From NCBI GenBank assembly GCA_002269645.1, contig NIVC01000834.1, forward strand, positions 371,649-435,648: a DNA stretch of 64,000 bases, in the 5' to 3' direction. Origin of the DNA: Macrostomum lignano. Taxonomy: Eukaryota. Position 1 is the first letter of the stretch; the number at the start of each line of letters is the position of its first letter. Under the pieces are notes generated by a model. It made no database searches and was not told the DNA's origin. It saw nothing but the letters and a program-made list of their open reading frames with translations. The position numbers were made by a program, and so were the translations under genes. Below, piece by piece: positions 36,701 through 49,550 of the stretch.

Positions 36701-37185
36701 CGGCCCCCCTGGTCCCTATGCCCTTGACAGTCATCAATCGTCAGATCGACGACTGGGCTGACTCCCTCCACAGGAACAGATGGGCGGGCACCCAAAACTG
36801 CCGGCAATCTCGTGCCGCGGTTCCCTGCCCGTCTCGCAGGCTCAGAAACATCCTTCTGAACCAGAATCGGAAGGATATCCGAGCCCTTGTCATGACCCTT
36901 ACTGGCCATGGCTACCTCGCCAGGCACTGCTTTCTCCGAGGTGACCTCGAGAGCGAACTTTGCCCCTTTTGCGAGTACGACAATGAAGATGCTCAGCACT
37001 TTGTTTGTCACTGCCCCTTCTTTAACAAAGACCGGCTACGCTACCTCGGGCCGAACCCGTCCATTGACGAGGTCTGCCAGCCCGACAGCATCCCACGGCT
37101 CATCCAGTTCCTTCGGGCGACTAGACGAGCCAGTTTCTTTCCAACGGAAGATCACGCTGCAGGACGGACCGGCGGACCACCCTGA
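33745..37185 (+). pseudogene. Retrotransposon ORF2: AP endonuclease, reverse transcriptase, RNase H, C-terminal CCHC; disrupted
   Basis: APE motifs (QINLQH, LVQEPW, GDINAHH, SDHNFI). RT motifs (KAPGPDGI, PKPG, FRPISL, QHAFRAGRST, GIPQGGVL, YAND instead of YADD). RNase H (YTDGS, WIPGHAGFPGNELADTLAK). CPFCx8HFVCHC. Split over three frames (33745-36465, 36306-36761, 36718-37185); the distal RT motifs appear deleted after 'ASGPSPD'. Confidence 0.9.
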
Positions 37186-38527
37186 CCGGCCCCACGCCTC
37201 TGCCTGTCTGCGGGCCTTCAGGGGCTGGCGGAATGGGCGACCCTCGCCTCCCCGCTGTGTCTACGGACCACCCTGCAGCTGAGTCAAAGTAAGTCAAGGT
37301 GTCAATTTAGAATAGAAGGAATTCCAAATCCAGCCATCAAAGATTTTCCGTGTAATATCCTTTTTCGTCATTCTTGGCAAAGATGAGTGGCCAATTTATT
37401 GAGGCGAAGGTTGCAGTGGACCGACCGAAAGCGAGGAGCATGAAGTTTCAAGTTCATATCAGATCAAGTTCATATCAGAGTAAGTCTATGTGTGATCTCT
37501 TGAAACTAGGCTCCGATATAGTTCTGCATCAGCACTTATATCTGTCGCGACGAGTTGACACTATTCCAGGCCAAAAGCGAGCCAGTACACATACATTTAT
37601 TTTCTGGGAGTTCAGTATTGTTCTATAAGTAGTGCACTCAGCGGTTTATACAAGCTCGACAGTAAATGAACCTATTGCAAAAGAGTCCTCTCTCTATCCT
37701 TGCATATATGATCAATGCGATTGAAGTCAATACTGTCATTGCTATGATTATTTGGTACTCGCTGATTTTGCACTCTGATCCTCAGCTTCTATTCCATGCC
37801 CTGCGACAGGCGCACTCTCTACTTACTTCATACCACGACTCGATCATGACAAGTAAGAAAATAGGCAGAATGGCTAATGCCCGGAATTGCTGGCCCTGTC
37901 CTTGGCTATGACCTTGGCTATGACCCTGACCCTTCTATGATCTCGAGCAATAGAAAGGAGGTGGGTTTGCTGATTGGGGGAGTGGTTGGGTGATAAGCAT
38001 GACTCAACCTAATGAGCCATCACGGGGGAGCACAGGGATCACATGGGAGGAAGGGAGGGTGCGCAAAAATTAGTGGGAAGGCCCAGGACGTGTCTACATC
38101 ACATTCGTATATGTCTTGTGCCTGTGTGTGTAAGGAAATAAAATTAACATTGAATCTTACTTTCATAAACTAAAGGCTCTAAGAAAGGCAAGACAATAAA
38201 AAAATGAGCATTAGATCCCAATTCTATCAAAAGCTACGGCAACTTTTGTTCTGAAAAATCAATTGAAAAGCTCTAATCTCCGTAATGTTTTTTTCGGTAA
38301 ACGTAAACTACGGAAACGTAGTTTTCTGACCTTCTACTTGAGTAGTCCTTCGTTCAAACGGGTTGGAGGCAGAGGATTAGCTTAATCTTCGGATTAGCTA
38401 ATTTCTATATTTTAATTTTAAAATTGTCTCTGCTTATCTCTCGCTGGCTTCTCTTAGCTATGGACCCAGCTGCTGACCATCTGACAGGAGTGAAAGTAGA
38501 AAGCTCTGGGCGATCAGTTTTTGCACT

Positions 38528-39767
38528 CCCAGATCCTAGATCCCAGATCCTAGATCCCAGATCCTAGATCCCAGATCCTAGATCCCAGATCCTAGATCCC
38601 AGATCCTAGATCCCAGATCCTAGATCCCAGATCCTAGATCCCAGATCCTAGATCCCAGATCCTAGATCCCAGATCCTAGATCCCAGATCCTAGATCCCAG
38701 ATCCTAGATCCCAGATCCTAGATCCCAGATCCTAGATCCCAGATCCTAGATCCCAGATCCTAGATCCCAGATCCTAGATCCCAGATCCTAGATCCCAGAT
38801 CCTAGATCCCAGATCCTAGATCCCAGATCCTAGATCCCAGATCCTAGATCCCAGATCCTAGATCCCAGATCCTAGATCCCAGATCCTAGATCCCAGATCC
38901 TAGATCCCAGATCCTAGATCCCAGATCCTAGATCCCAGATCCTAGATCCCAGATCCTAGATCCCAGATCCTAGATCCCAGATCCTAGATCCCAGATCCTA
39001 GATCCCAGATCCTAGATCCCAGATCCTAGATCCCAGATCCTAGATCCCAGATCCTAGATCCCAGATCCTAGATCCCAGATCCTAGATCCCAGATCCTAGA
39101 TCCCAGATCCTAGATCCCAGATCCTAGATCCCAGATCCTAGATCCCAGATCCTAGATCCCAGATCCTAGATCCCAGATCCTAGATCCCAGATCCTAGATC
39201 CCAGATCCTAGATCCCAGATCCTAGATCCCAGATCCTAGATCCCAGATCCTAGATCCCAGATCCTAGATCCCAGATCCTAGATCCCAGATCCTAGATCCC
39301 AGATCCTAGATCCCAGATCCTAGATCCCAGATCCTAGATCCCAGATCCTAGATCCCAGATCCTAGATCCCAGATCCTAGATCCCAGATCCTAGATCCCAG
39401 ATCCTAGATCCCAGATCCTAGATCCCAGATCCTAGATCCCAGATCCTAGATCCCAGATCCTAGATCCCAGATCCTAGATCCCAGATCCTAGATCCCAGAT
39501 CCTAGATCCCAGATCCTAGATCCCAGATCCTAGATCCCAGATCCTAGATCCCAGATCCTAGATCCCAGATCCTAGATCCCAGATCCTAGATCCCAGATCC
39601 TAGATCCCAGATCCTAGATCCCAGATCCTAGATCCCAGATCCTAGATCCCAGATCCTAGATCCCAGATCCTAGATCCCAGATCCTAGATCCCAGATCCTA
39701 GATCCCAGATCCTAGATCCCAGATCCTAGATCCCAGATCCTAGATCCCAGATCCTAGATCCCAGATC
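38528..39767. repeat. Perfect 14-bp satellite (CCCAGATCCTAGAT)n, about 88 copies
   Basis: No variant units seen over about 1240 bp. Confidence 0.97.
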
Positions 39768-40460
39768 TTATGGATCCTGAGATACTAACGCAGCACAGTT
39801 AAACCAAGCATGCAGTGTAAAGTAAAGTCCAAAGATATAATATTTCATATAACTGTCTTGCCTATTCATTGGGTGTGACTATGACTGGGTGTGCCTATTC
39901 ATTGGGCGAAGTTTTTTTAACTGCTCAAGCATAATTCTATTTCGGACCATTAATGTATGATAGTGTTATAACTGCGAGCGCATGTGTACAGTTCCACCAA
40001 TGACCGCCTAAAAGTTTTATGATGACTGGGACCCACATCAAATTATAATTGACTCCAATGAGGCTGAGAGGCGAAGTACTGCTTCATGCAGCATTAATCC
40101 TCAAACTCATCGCCTTACTGTGTCCACCCACATTTTTGATGCATAAAAACTAACTGATACATGTAGGAATGTATCCCACTGCGTGACGGATGTACATGTA
40201 GGAATTTGCCACGCAGAGACAAATCAATTAATTTAGTCACTGGAACCAATAGAAAACAACAGTGGGAAGGAAAATTTTCTGTTTGATCCTCCGTTCCCAT
40301 GACAACGTGGGAAATAGATTTTTGCACATCCCAAAACAGTTGAAACTGCTACAAATACAATACGTGCATGCGATCGAAAGAGACAGCAAAAATTTCACAC
40401 CGCCTGTTGGTCAGCAACTCAGTCGCACAGCCAACTTCTAATTCTGGCCTAGTGCTAGTG

Positions 40461-41758
40461 ATGAAGACAATTCTCCATTTCTTATCGGCACTGCTGACTT
40501 CTGCTCTGGTGAGCAGCGCGGCCAGATTCGAGCTGCAGCTAGGAGCCACGAGCAACGGAACTCATCCCTTTGCGTTTGAAGTCGCGCAAAGCTTCAGCCA
40601 GCGCCACTGTGCCGAGCTGTGCTCACAAATAGCCGAGTGCTTCGGTTTCTACTCGGCGCAGAACAAAGCGGGACCCTGCGGACTCTTCAACGCGTCCGCC
40701 TTCTACTGGAAGAGCTCGTGGATATCCGCTGGGTGGGAGCAGCAGCTGCAGGAAGTCTTCTTGCTTGTGATTGGTGAGTCTCATAGTTTGGGAAGCGTTG
40801 ATAAGTCTTCCTCCAGAGAACTGTTGCGATCACCTGCGTAAGAACAGCTCGGATGGCTCCAAAACTGTTGAGGTTATACAATATCGGAGCCTAACCTGAT
40901 GAATTGCGCTAGATATCAGTCCAGTTCCCGTGCGTCCATGATTGCTTATAGTATACCCATTAAATTTTAAGACAGTTAATTTCCACGGCTTTGAAGACAA
41001 TTGTTCTTTTGTGAAGACTTTGTATAAAATCGGTCGATGTTCTAAGTTCTCTGTCTAAAGCGTCCTGCGCCAAATTAAGGATATCGCTGAACTAACTTGG
41101 GGTTCCAAGCTGATTTAAGCTGCTACCAAGCTGAAAACAGAGCAAATGGACAAATAAAATTAAGCTTAGGTCAAAGCATAGGCGAACCACAGACGGGAAA
41201 AACCATCCACAACAGAAGATACAACTAGAATTGCATGCACAGTATAGCTAAGAGGCGCATCGGATACTAGCAAGTGCTTACGGAAATGTACGCTCCTATT
41301 TGCACCTTACAGCAGCTGTGAAAAGTAACCAACAGCAAATATCCATTTTAGACTTCAATATTCAGAAGCTTACAATGTCCAGTTGCAATCAGACTTCGAC
41401 AGCAGGAACAGCGGAATGCGGTCGAGCTCTCGATGGAAACAAAGACCAAGTGTACGATGGAGGATCCTGCACTCACACTCTGCAAGAGCCTAACCAATGG
41501 TGGCAGGCTGAATTCCATCGACCGTCGATTGTCACGCACGTTGTCATCTACAACAGACAGGAGTGCTGCAGAGAGCGACTTAACAGCTTCGCTCTGCTGG
41601 TGAACAACGCTGTGTGCGCTACGGTTAACCTCACAACTTCATTCTTGGTAGGCAACTTCTCCTGCTGGGGCGCCGGCACCAGCATCCGCTTGGAGAGTCA
41701 CCTGTTTGACGCAGTCACACTGTGCGAGTTCGAGGCCTTCGGCGTCCACTTTCCCTGA
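40461..41758 (+). CDS. Secreted PAN/apple + F-type lectin (fucolectin/FTP) domain protein, 2 exons
   Basis: Exon 40461-40773: signal peptide MKTILHFLSALLTSALVSSAA and PAN pattern CAELCSQIAECFGF..CGLF; donor G|GTGAGT. Exon 41313-41758, phase 1: 'ALDGN..GSCTHT..EPNQWWQAEF..VVIYNRQECCRERLNSF..VTLCEFEAFG'. Confidence 0.85.
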
Positions 41759-42418
41759 TCAAATGGCCACAGATGACGCCATCAACATAAAAAAAGATCA
41801 AGTTCTGCGGAATTCAAGTTTTGACGAAAAAAACCTCTAATTTCTATTTACAAATATCATATGATTTTAAATCTCTGTCTGACTTGAGTGTAATTGTCAA
41901 TTCACCCGATTAGTGGCCGTCAGCTGATATTAACCGAAGTGACAGGAACAAAATTTACTTGTTACAATTCGCAACCACCTAAAATATGCTTTAAACATTA
42001 ATGACGCAATCTTTGCATATTTTTGTTGTCTAAAGATTATGCTTTAGCTTTGCTTTTTGTTCCTGTTTTTCATTATTTTTATTTTTAATCCTGCATCCTC
42101 TTTGCAAGTATATGCATAGAGCGTGTCAGCCATTGCCGTACTCTTAGCTGATATTGTATTTTTGAGTTCGAGTTGGATAGTAAAATAATACTTTTTTTAT
42201 TCGTTACGAGTTCTGCCGAAAATCGAAATTTATTCACATTTTGAAGTTCCTAATCCTTTATCAGAATAAGTACTAATTTTATCAGGATATTTTCTTTTGA
42301 GCTTTTAGGTAACCTACGTCTCTATCTCAGATCTACGAATCTACGAATAGAATTAAATTTAATTTTACTCATTCTCGAAACAAAAATAAGTAATGAATTA
42401 CCTGAAGACTCTCAGGAG

Positions 42419-43089
42419 CAAGGGCGTCGCCTTGTATGTTATGGTGTGGGGACAAAGTCAAGAATTCTACATGTACATGTACATTAGTTTCAGAATCGGT
42501 GTTTTCAGCGCTCATTTGGCGCCACAGGCACTCATTTTAGCGCCGCAGACACTCATTTTAGCGCCGCAGGCACTCATTTTTGCGCCGCAGGCACTCATTT
42601 TAGCGCCGCAGGCACTCATTTTAGCGTCGCAGGCACTCATTTTAGCGTCGCAGGCACTCATTTTAGCGCCGCAGGCACTCATTTTAGCGCCGCAGGCACT
42701 CATTTTAGCGCCGCAGGCACTCATTTTAGCGCCGCAGGCACTTATTTTAGCGCCGCAGGCACTCATTTTAGCGCCGCAGGCACTCATTTTTGCGCCGCAG
42801 GCACTCATTTTAGCGCCGGAGGCACTCATTTTAGCGCCGCAGGCACTCATTTTAGCGTCGCAGGCACTCATTTTAGCGCCGCAGGCACTCATTTTAGCGC
42901 CGCAGGCACTCATTTTAGCGCCGCAGACGCTATATTTTGTCGCCCTGAAGTAAAATTATTGATTTCCTTAGCGGAGTCACAAGGTTGGGTGGGTGGGACA
43001 AAGCATTGGCATGTCCCCCCATAGCTTTTACTGGGGGCGGACATGTCCTCCCTGCCCCCTTGTCCCCCCCCCCGGTGGCGACGCCCCTG
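42419..43089. mobile_element. Second copy of the hAT-like MITE family, with an expanded 21-bp array
   Basis: TIR CAAGGGCGTCGCC/GGCGACGCCCCTG (12/13 match); TSD ctcaggag/ctcaggaa; about 19 units of GCACTCATTTTAGCGCCGCAG; flanking sequence alignable to 28904-29277. Confidence 0.85.
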
Positions 43090-45201
43090 CTCAGGAAGGT
43101 GTTCAATAAAAAAAAAAACTGACGAAAGAATGCTTGAATCATGAGTCAGTTGGTCGGTGAAGTGAATTTGATTTCTTCACTTGTGTGTGAATCAATAAAT
43201 CTAAATCGTCGCATGCATTTCCCTGTTCTCCTACTCTGAATGGTTCTACGACGTATAGTAGGCAGTGTGTGAGACCTGGAATCGGTTGATGGCATTCGAT
43301 GAGCATCCAGAACTCTATCATCGTGCAAGAAGCGGTGAGCTTTTCTGATTGTCGACAGATGAATGGCCGGAGTATCCATATTGTGACTTATGAGTCAGTC
43401 AGTTTTTTCTCGACAATGATCGCAATGCATTCATTTGGTCAAAAATCCTGCTTGACCGTTTCAAAAAAAGCATGTTTTTCGAATATCTATTCCCTTAGCA
43501 TTGAACAATTTCTAAGCCAAGACACGTGTACCGTCGCCGGAAAATTTCTAATCGAACGGTGCAAGTTCCATGAATCGTTTTTCTTAAATCAATCGCATAC
43601 CTACAGACATAAAGACAACTCATTCTTGGGTATAATGGAAGACTTAAATCCTCTGCAGTAAAGCTTTTTGAGTTCAAAACTCTGTCTGAAATTTCTCTGT
43701 CTGAAAACTCTGCTCAAATTGATTATGGTGAACTGCAACAGAAGATGTACCCCCACGTGGCTCCTTAGGCAGGTCCTGTTTTTGTAAGGGATCTTTGATC
43801 TCGCAGTCCTCATTGTTTCGCAGGCCAGTTTATTGTTTGCTAATCTAAAGGGGCGCTTTAATTCTCGATAAGAAATTTCTAGTGCATACTTTTCAGTTAC
43901 ACAGTACCATTGAAACTGTAAATTAGCTCTATGGCAGGAAGGGAGACAACGAAAAGCGCTTGGTGAGAACACGGGTGGCACAATCGAGCCCAAAGCCAAA
44001 GCCAAAGGAGCAGTTCGGTATTGGCGCATTGAACTGGCAGTCAAATTCTCCAGACATGATCCCATCGAGCATATCTAAGACTTTGTTAAGTCCCGATACA
44101 GAAACTAGTAGCATTAAATAAGCATTGCTTAACTTTTGTACCACGTGAAAGCGAAATTTGGAGGGTTTAGCTGTTGCTGAGTACATATTAATGTATGCAC
44201 ATGTATGCCTACCCGTCATTTGACTTTGGTAAACTATGTAAATAATATATAGTAAATATTTTATATTTCATAGTAAATTTTATCCTTTTATATGTGTGTG
44301 CAAGTTGAGTCCCATCTGCAGTACTGCAAAAGTTGATACTTATACAATCGCCCTTGAGTCGGTGTTAATAAATGGGTGGGTATTGCGCTTGCTAAGACTT
44401 TTGAACCGTAATTGGACTGTAGGAGGTCTCCGGCCTCGAGTCTCAGGACTTGAGTAGACATACCATCCGAGCTACAGGTAAATAGAGTATTTTTCAGGCT
44501 ATATGGTCGTGTGGGGTAGGAATGGCGAGAAAATTCCGAGTCATTCCTCAAATAAACAAACTGGCCGCCCACACTTTGTCAAGCAATAGCTCGAAATGAG
44601 CAGAACCCGCGCCCGCTACAAATGCATGCAACTGCACAGCCAATTTCTGTGCATTCACACCCAAAATTCCATTTTAGCCTTTAAGCCAGCCCCCGGTCGC
44701 GGAAATTATAGGTAGAAAACATGCTTGTGTAGCTAGCTATTGAATGCCGCACAGAGCAGAATAGCTGACAGCACTCATGCGGGGACTTCCGCATTGTGAG
44801 CCTGCGGCCATGATTACACTGACGCTTTAAAGCATTAATATAATACGGCTACTAGACACACGTAGCTAAATGTGCATTCGTTGAGCCACTGTGTGAAATA
44901 AATTCCCACGAGAAGAGAATGAATAAGATTTTCCATACCCCATGGGTGGAGATGGAAAAGCGTCGTACATGGCTGAGGTAGAAAAGTCAACACCGATCAA
45001 TCTTCAAAGGCCAATGGCTGGGGGCGCCTTGCCTCAGAGCCTGCCGAATGTACACTCGCTGTGTGCTCTCGGAGCTACACTGCTTTACTGCTGTACTTAT
45101 TTTTAGGGCGTAGACAACTTCAGAGGGATTTTTAGCAGGTAACGAGTGTGATCCATATTGCCGTTATACCGGGCCTGATAAGCAATCGATACATTATAAA
45201 A

Positions 45202-47238
45202 ATGAAGTTCGAAGTTAGACTTATCCGTTTTGTAATCATTGCCAGCTTTTGTTCTATCAGTAAGTAAGGGTTGACTGGGTCTAAATTTAGTCTAAGTTTT
45301 GTCTACTCATTTGGGTGTTTGAATGTACTAGCGTACATGTAAAACGTAAACTTTTACATGCACGAGCGTATTATGCTTCTTCTGCAATTTTAACTCATCA
45401 GGCCCGTCAGATGCGGCTAATTGCTCAACCGTCACCTGTCACAACGGAGGCACCTGCAACAACTACACAGACAGTCCTCCCTGTCTCTGCCCGCTGCCCT
45501 ACATCGCACCTTACTGCTCAGCTGCTGCAGACTACTGCTTCACCCTGCAGCCTGACAAGAACATCACTGAGCTGCCTGTGTGCCTGAATGGCGGCAACTG
45601 CACTTTAACATATACTGATCCGTACTTCAATTGCACTTGCCCGAGTGGAACTACAGGTGACTAAGTAAAATGCTAACAATCTTACAAAAAACAATATTAC
45701 TCGTAATACAGCTCAGATATTGTCGGGTATGTTGGGACGGCATGGTCACTTTCAAAATCTCGAAACTCATACTGTTAGATTGGAACCGTCGATATGAAGC
45801 TTCGCGTTTATGAAAGCAGGCAGCAAAACCCTTTCAATAACTTTGAAGTTTCGAAGGTTGTCTGCACTTTTATCGAAAGCGACAAAGCCTTCCTTGAATA
45901 CTGAGATACACTTAGCAGACGTAACGTCGTCTCTTAAAAAAGTCGAATCTTAGCAAAATATTCGCTTTCATTGTCCAGGGCTGAGGTGCAATGAGAAAGT
46001 GTCCGAACCGACTGACGAAATTGGTAAGATACTAGCACTTGGCTCCACTTAATTTACCATCTTTCAAGCGCATCAAATTGCGCTTAAAATGCAAAATGCG
46101 CTCGCCTAACTGCATTTTCAGAGTATAGATTGAGCGCAGCCGCAACTGCCGGCATCGCGGTTGGCGTCGTCGTCGGCGTCGGGGCTTCCGTCTCTCTGGC
46201 TGTCTTTGCTGTGCATCAAGCATCTGGACGGTCCAGATTTAGTTTATGCTGCTGCTCAAAAGTAAGCTTTTTAACTTACCTGTGCAAAGCGGTTTTAACT
46301 GGTATTAGACAGCTTCACTGATGCACAGCAACTAGTAGTAGCTGTAGTCATTACATGTACGAGCGTAGTCATAATTTAATAAATCGATTGAGTTAAGACA
46401 TCGCTTTGATTATGAGTAGCTACTGATAATCTATATGCAAACGTGCAGTTTCAATTGCATGTTGCAGTAAGAGAATGACTGGGATTTAGCAACACGTTGC
46501 CGTTAAATATTAAAAAACTATTTCTACACAGTTTTGAAGATCTCAAATGTTCTAAAAGTCCATTATCTTAGTCTATTAAGGCTACCAGGCTAAAATGCAT
46601 GCTCAAGTTACGAAGTCAAGTTAAGTCAGGGACTCTGTATAGGAACTTGTAAGCCAGTCAACAAATTATTCTTTTTTCATACCTGTAGCCATTGCAAGGC
46701 ACCTATCTAAAGTCTCACGGCTCATTAATTGTTTTATAACCTCCGGGTTTAACTCAACCGAAAGTAGCAGTGCAGTTCACGCGTCTGACTGTCGCGCTTG
46801 TGCACGAAAATTGTCCAGTGGGTTTTCGTGCGATCCAGAGTGTGCATCAACATGCATGAAGATTAGAAAGTCATGACCGCTGTTCAATCTTGTGTGTATG
46901 AATGCGTACCTGCGAATTTATGTGCTTAGGAGTCAGCAGAATGGCCGTAAGCTTGGTTGCGGAACGATTACAATTTCGCCAAGGCGGTGCACCAGAATGC
47001 CTACAGTCCTGCTCCAATTATTACTATTATTAACTCAACTGAATTGCATTGACATTGACTTCTTAGTAAGTCAAATTAATTGTTTGAATTTCAGAAAATC
47101 TGTCCAACTTCACAACAACAGTCGCATGCAGCTTACAACAATGAAGGAGGCAACTTTGACGACAATTCAGCATGCAAAACCAACGGTAGCTTAGGCAGTG
47201 GTTCAGCCCATCACCAGGATCAACAAATAAGTGCCTAA
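45202..47238 (+). CDS. Type-I membrane protein with 2 EGF-like domains (paralog A)
   Basis: Exons 45202-45259 (signal peptide), 45402-45656 (2 EGF: CHNGGTC..CLCP..Y.APYC; CLNGGNC..FNCTCPSG), 45979-46023, 46122-46261 (TM GIAVGVVVGVGASVSLAVFAV + CCC), 47095-47238 (tail, AAYNNEGGNF). Phases are consistent. Confidence 0.8.
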
Positions 47239-47892
47239 GTAACTTTGTTGGCAGACTTTTGGAGAAAAAACGTATGAGTTTGAATTAAACTCGATCATGT
47301 ATGTACACTGTGCATATTGAATAAATTACAGTATAATGAAGTTCTGTACTAAGTAATTCCAATTCATTACATACACGGCATTTTCGGTGTAAAATATTCA
47401 AAATTTTCGGTGAAAGGACCGCATGATATTAGTGCGCAGTACGTGGCAAGTGTGTAAATAAGCGTGCAAGCAATTTCTACCATATAATGGCTTCAGCTTG
47501 CATCAGCATGTGTCTGTCAAATTGCGCGCTCAATCATGCCTTCCGTTTGTGCATATCGTTTCACAATTATTATAAATTCGTATTGAGGAATGACTAACAT
47601 GTAACGCTGTATTGACCTACCTAGCTGTTCACCGAAGTCTCATTCTCTCTGACTCAGAGAACATTTTATTATTAAACAATTAATTTATTATTCAATACAA
47701 CTAACTTGACGAAACTTCGGTAATGTACATATGATCCGGTAGTTTGCTCGCTAAATATGTTAATTCCTGTATCAGACGTGTCACATTTTTAGTGGTTCAC
47801 TTTTTAACACTATCTATTTTAATATACGTAGCTATCTTCATGCCACGTTTAAATGTGTTTTTTGTGTTGTTCTTCCTAGAAACCTTTGGGGG

Positions 47893-49550
47893 TACGTTTA
47901 AGTATTGTTAAGGTTTACATTATTTTTTTAAGTCTGGTTTTATTATTTTTTTTTTGGTTTTATTTTGCTTCGGTTTACACAGGGTTTTATAAAATACCAA
48001 TGTTTCCATGCACGTTTTACCGGCAAAAAATAAAACAGTTACATGAACTTTAACCACACAATTTTCATTTTATTCATTAATTTTAATAACTCACAAATTT
48101 CTTAAGTTTTAATTCTTTCCTTCTTAATGGACTAGCTAGTAGCAAAAATAGATAGCGGGGAGTATATGTAGTAATATAAATGGTTAGATTCGTATATGTA
48201 TAGCCAGCTATTTGCAAAATGCATTAAAAATTTTACAGGTTTCTAACTCTAGCCCGCATTTGCATTTGTCGACGTTTGTATAGAGCCGTACGTGCAGTGT
48301 ATTTGGGATCTGGGATTTCATGTCAGCAAAATGGGGAACTAAATATGCCCACCTCGACGCCCACAACGATTTTATTGCATGCCGCCTTCGCCGTTGACAA
48401 GGCAGCAAGTACAATTGTGTATCCAATTGTCATGGGCGCGAAGGTCAAAGATCAGCTTGTCGCCAAGGATCCCATAAACAACACCTTTACACCGGCCAGG
48501 AAGTACCAAACTGCAACGGCATTCTATGGCACCTCGACCCAGATCCGAGGCGCACTCCGTTGCAAAGGGCAGCAGTTTATGTGAAGCAGAGTTTATTTCG
48601 AAGACTGAACTCACGGAGAAGGATTTTTTGCCAATGCGGGTGTAAGTTTGAGGTGCAACTCGCGATTCTCCCCTGCCCGGACTCTGGCACAGCAGACTAG
48701 TAAAACAGTTTAAGCTTGATCAGACAAACCAATCGAGAGATCAGCAGAGAACCACAGTCAAGCTGCTCAATCACTTTCTGGGACAGATCTCGAAGAACGA
48801 CACAGACTTAGGAAAAACGCATCTTCACGAGATGGCGATTGAGTTGCAGGACCGAGCGTGCCGTCCCATCTCACAGCCTTCAAGAAGAACGACGCCTTCT
48901 GAGAAAGATTTTCTTGACAAGCATATTCAGCAGCTACGTTTAAGTATTGTTAAGGTTTACATTATTTGTTTTGAGTCTGGATTTTATTTCAAAGCAATAG
49001 CAAATGAATTTTTTGTTCTATTACATGCAGTGAAATTCTGGAATGTGTACACACTACACCCATATCACAAATATTATTTATTTATGATATGGGTTTTTCT
49101 ACATATCTGTGTGTATTTTCTACACACAGATATTTAAAAGACCAATGTTTTCCAAGCTTTTTCCGGTAAAAAATAAAATGCATGAGCTTTTAACCATAAT
49201 TCCTATTTTATTCGGTTTGAATGGACGATACAGATGTTAAGTTTTAATTCTTTCCTTTTTACTGGACTAGCTAGTAAATAGATAGCAGACTGTATAGCTA
49301 TTGTACTCGTTGCTCGCAATAATGGTTAGATTCGTACATATATAGCCAGCTATTTGCAAAATGCATTTAACTTGCCCGCATTTAAATTTGTCGACGTTGT
49401 ATAGAACCGTACGTACAGTGTATTTGGGATCTGGGATTTCATGTCCGCAAAATAGGGAACTTCATATGCAACCCCTCGACTCCCACAACGATTTTATTGC
49501 ATGCTACATTCTCCGTTGCCAAGGCAGCAAGTACAATTGTACATCCAATG
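47893..49550. repeat. Diverged ~550-600-bp direct duplication (47893-48428 vs 48936-49550)
   Basis: Shared blocks 'tacgtttaagtattgttaaggtttacattatt', 'ggactagctagta', 'atggttagattcgta', 'cagtgtatttgggatctgggatttcatgtc', 'caaggcagcaagtacaattgt'. Confidence 0.8.

Larger units (their letters stand above)
31815..37299 (+). mobile_element. Full-length non-LTR retrotransposon (APE-RT-RNase H-CCHC; LOA/I-group-like), decayed
   Basis: TSD tgtcaatttag at 31804-31814 and 37300-37310; short AAGTC/AAGT-type tail (gagtcaaagtaagtcaag); two ORFs. Clade assignment is inferred from domain order and motifs. Confidence 0.93.

Noticed and set aside
42393-42953. 186-aa (APQALIL)n and antisense (MSACGAK)n ORFs
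   Set aside because: They lie inside a MITE's 21-bp array, with no independent evidence of coding.
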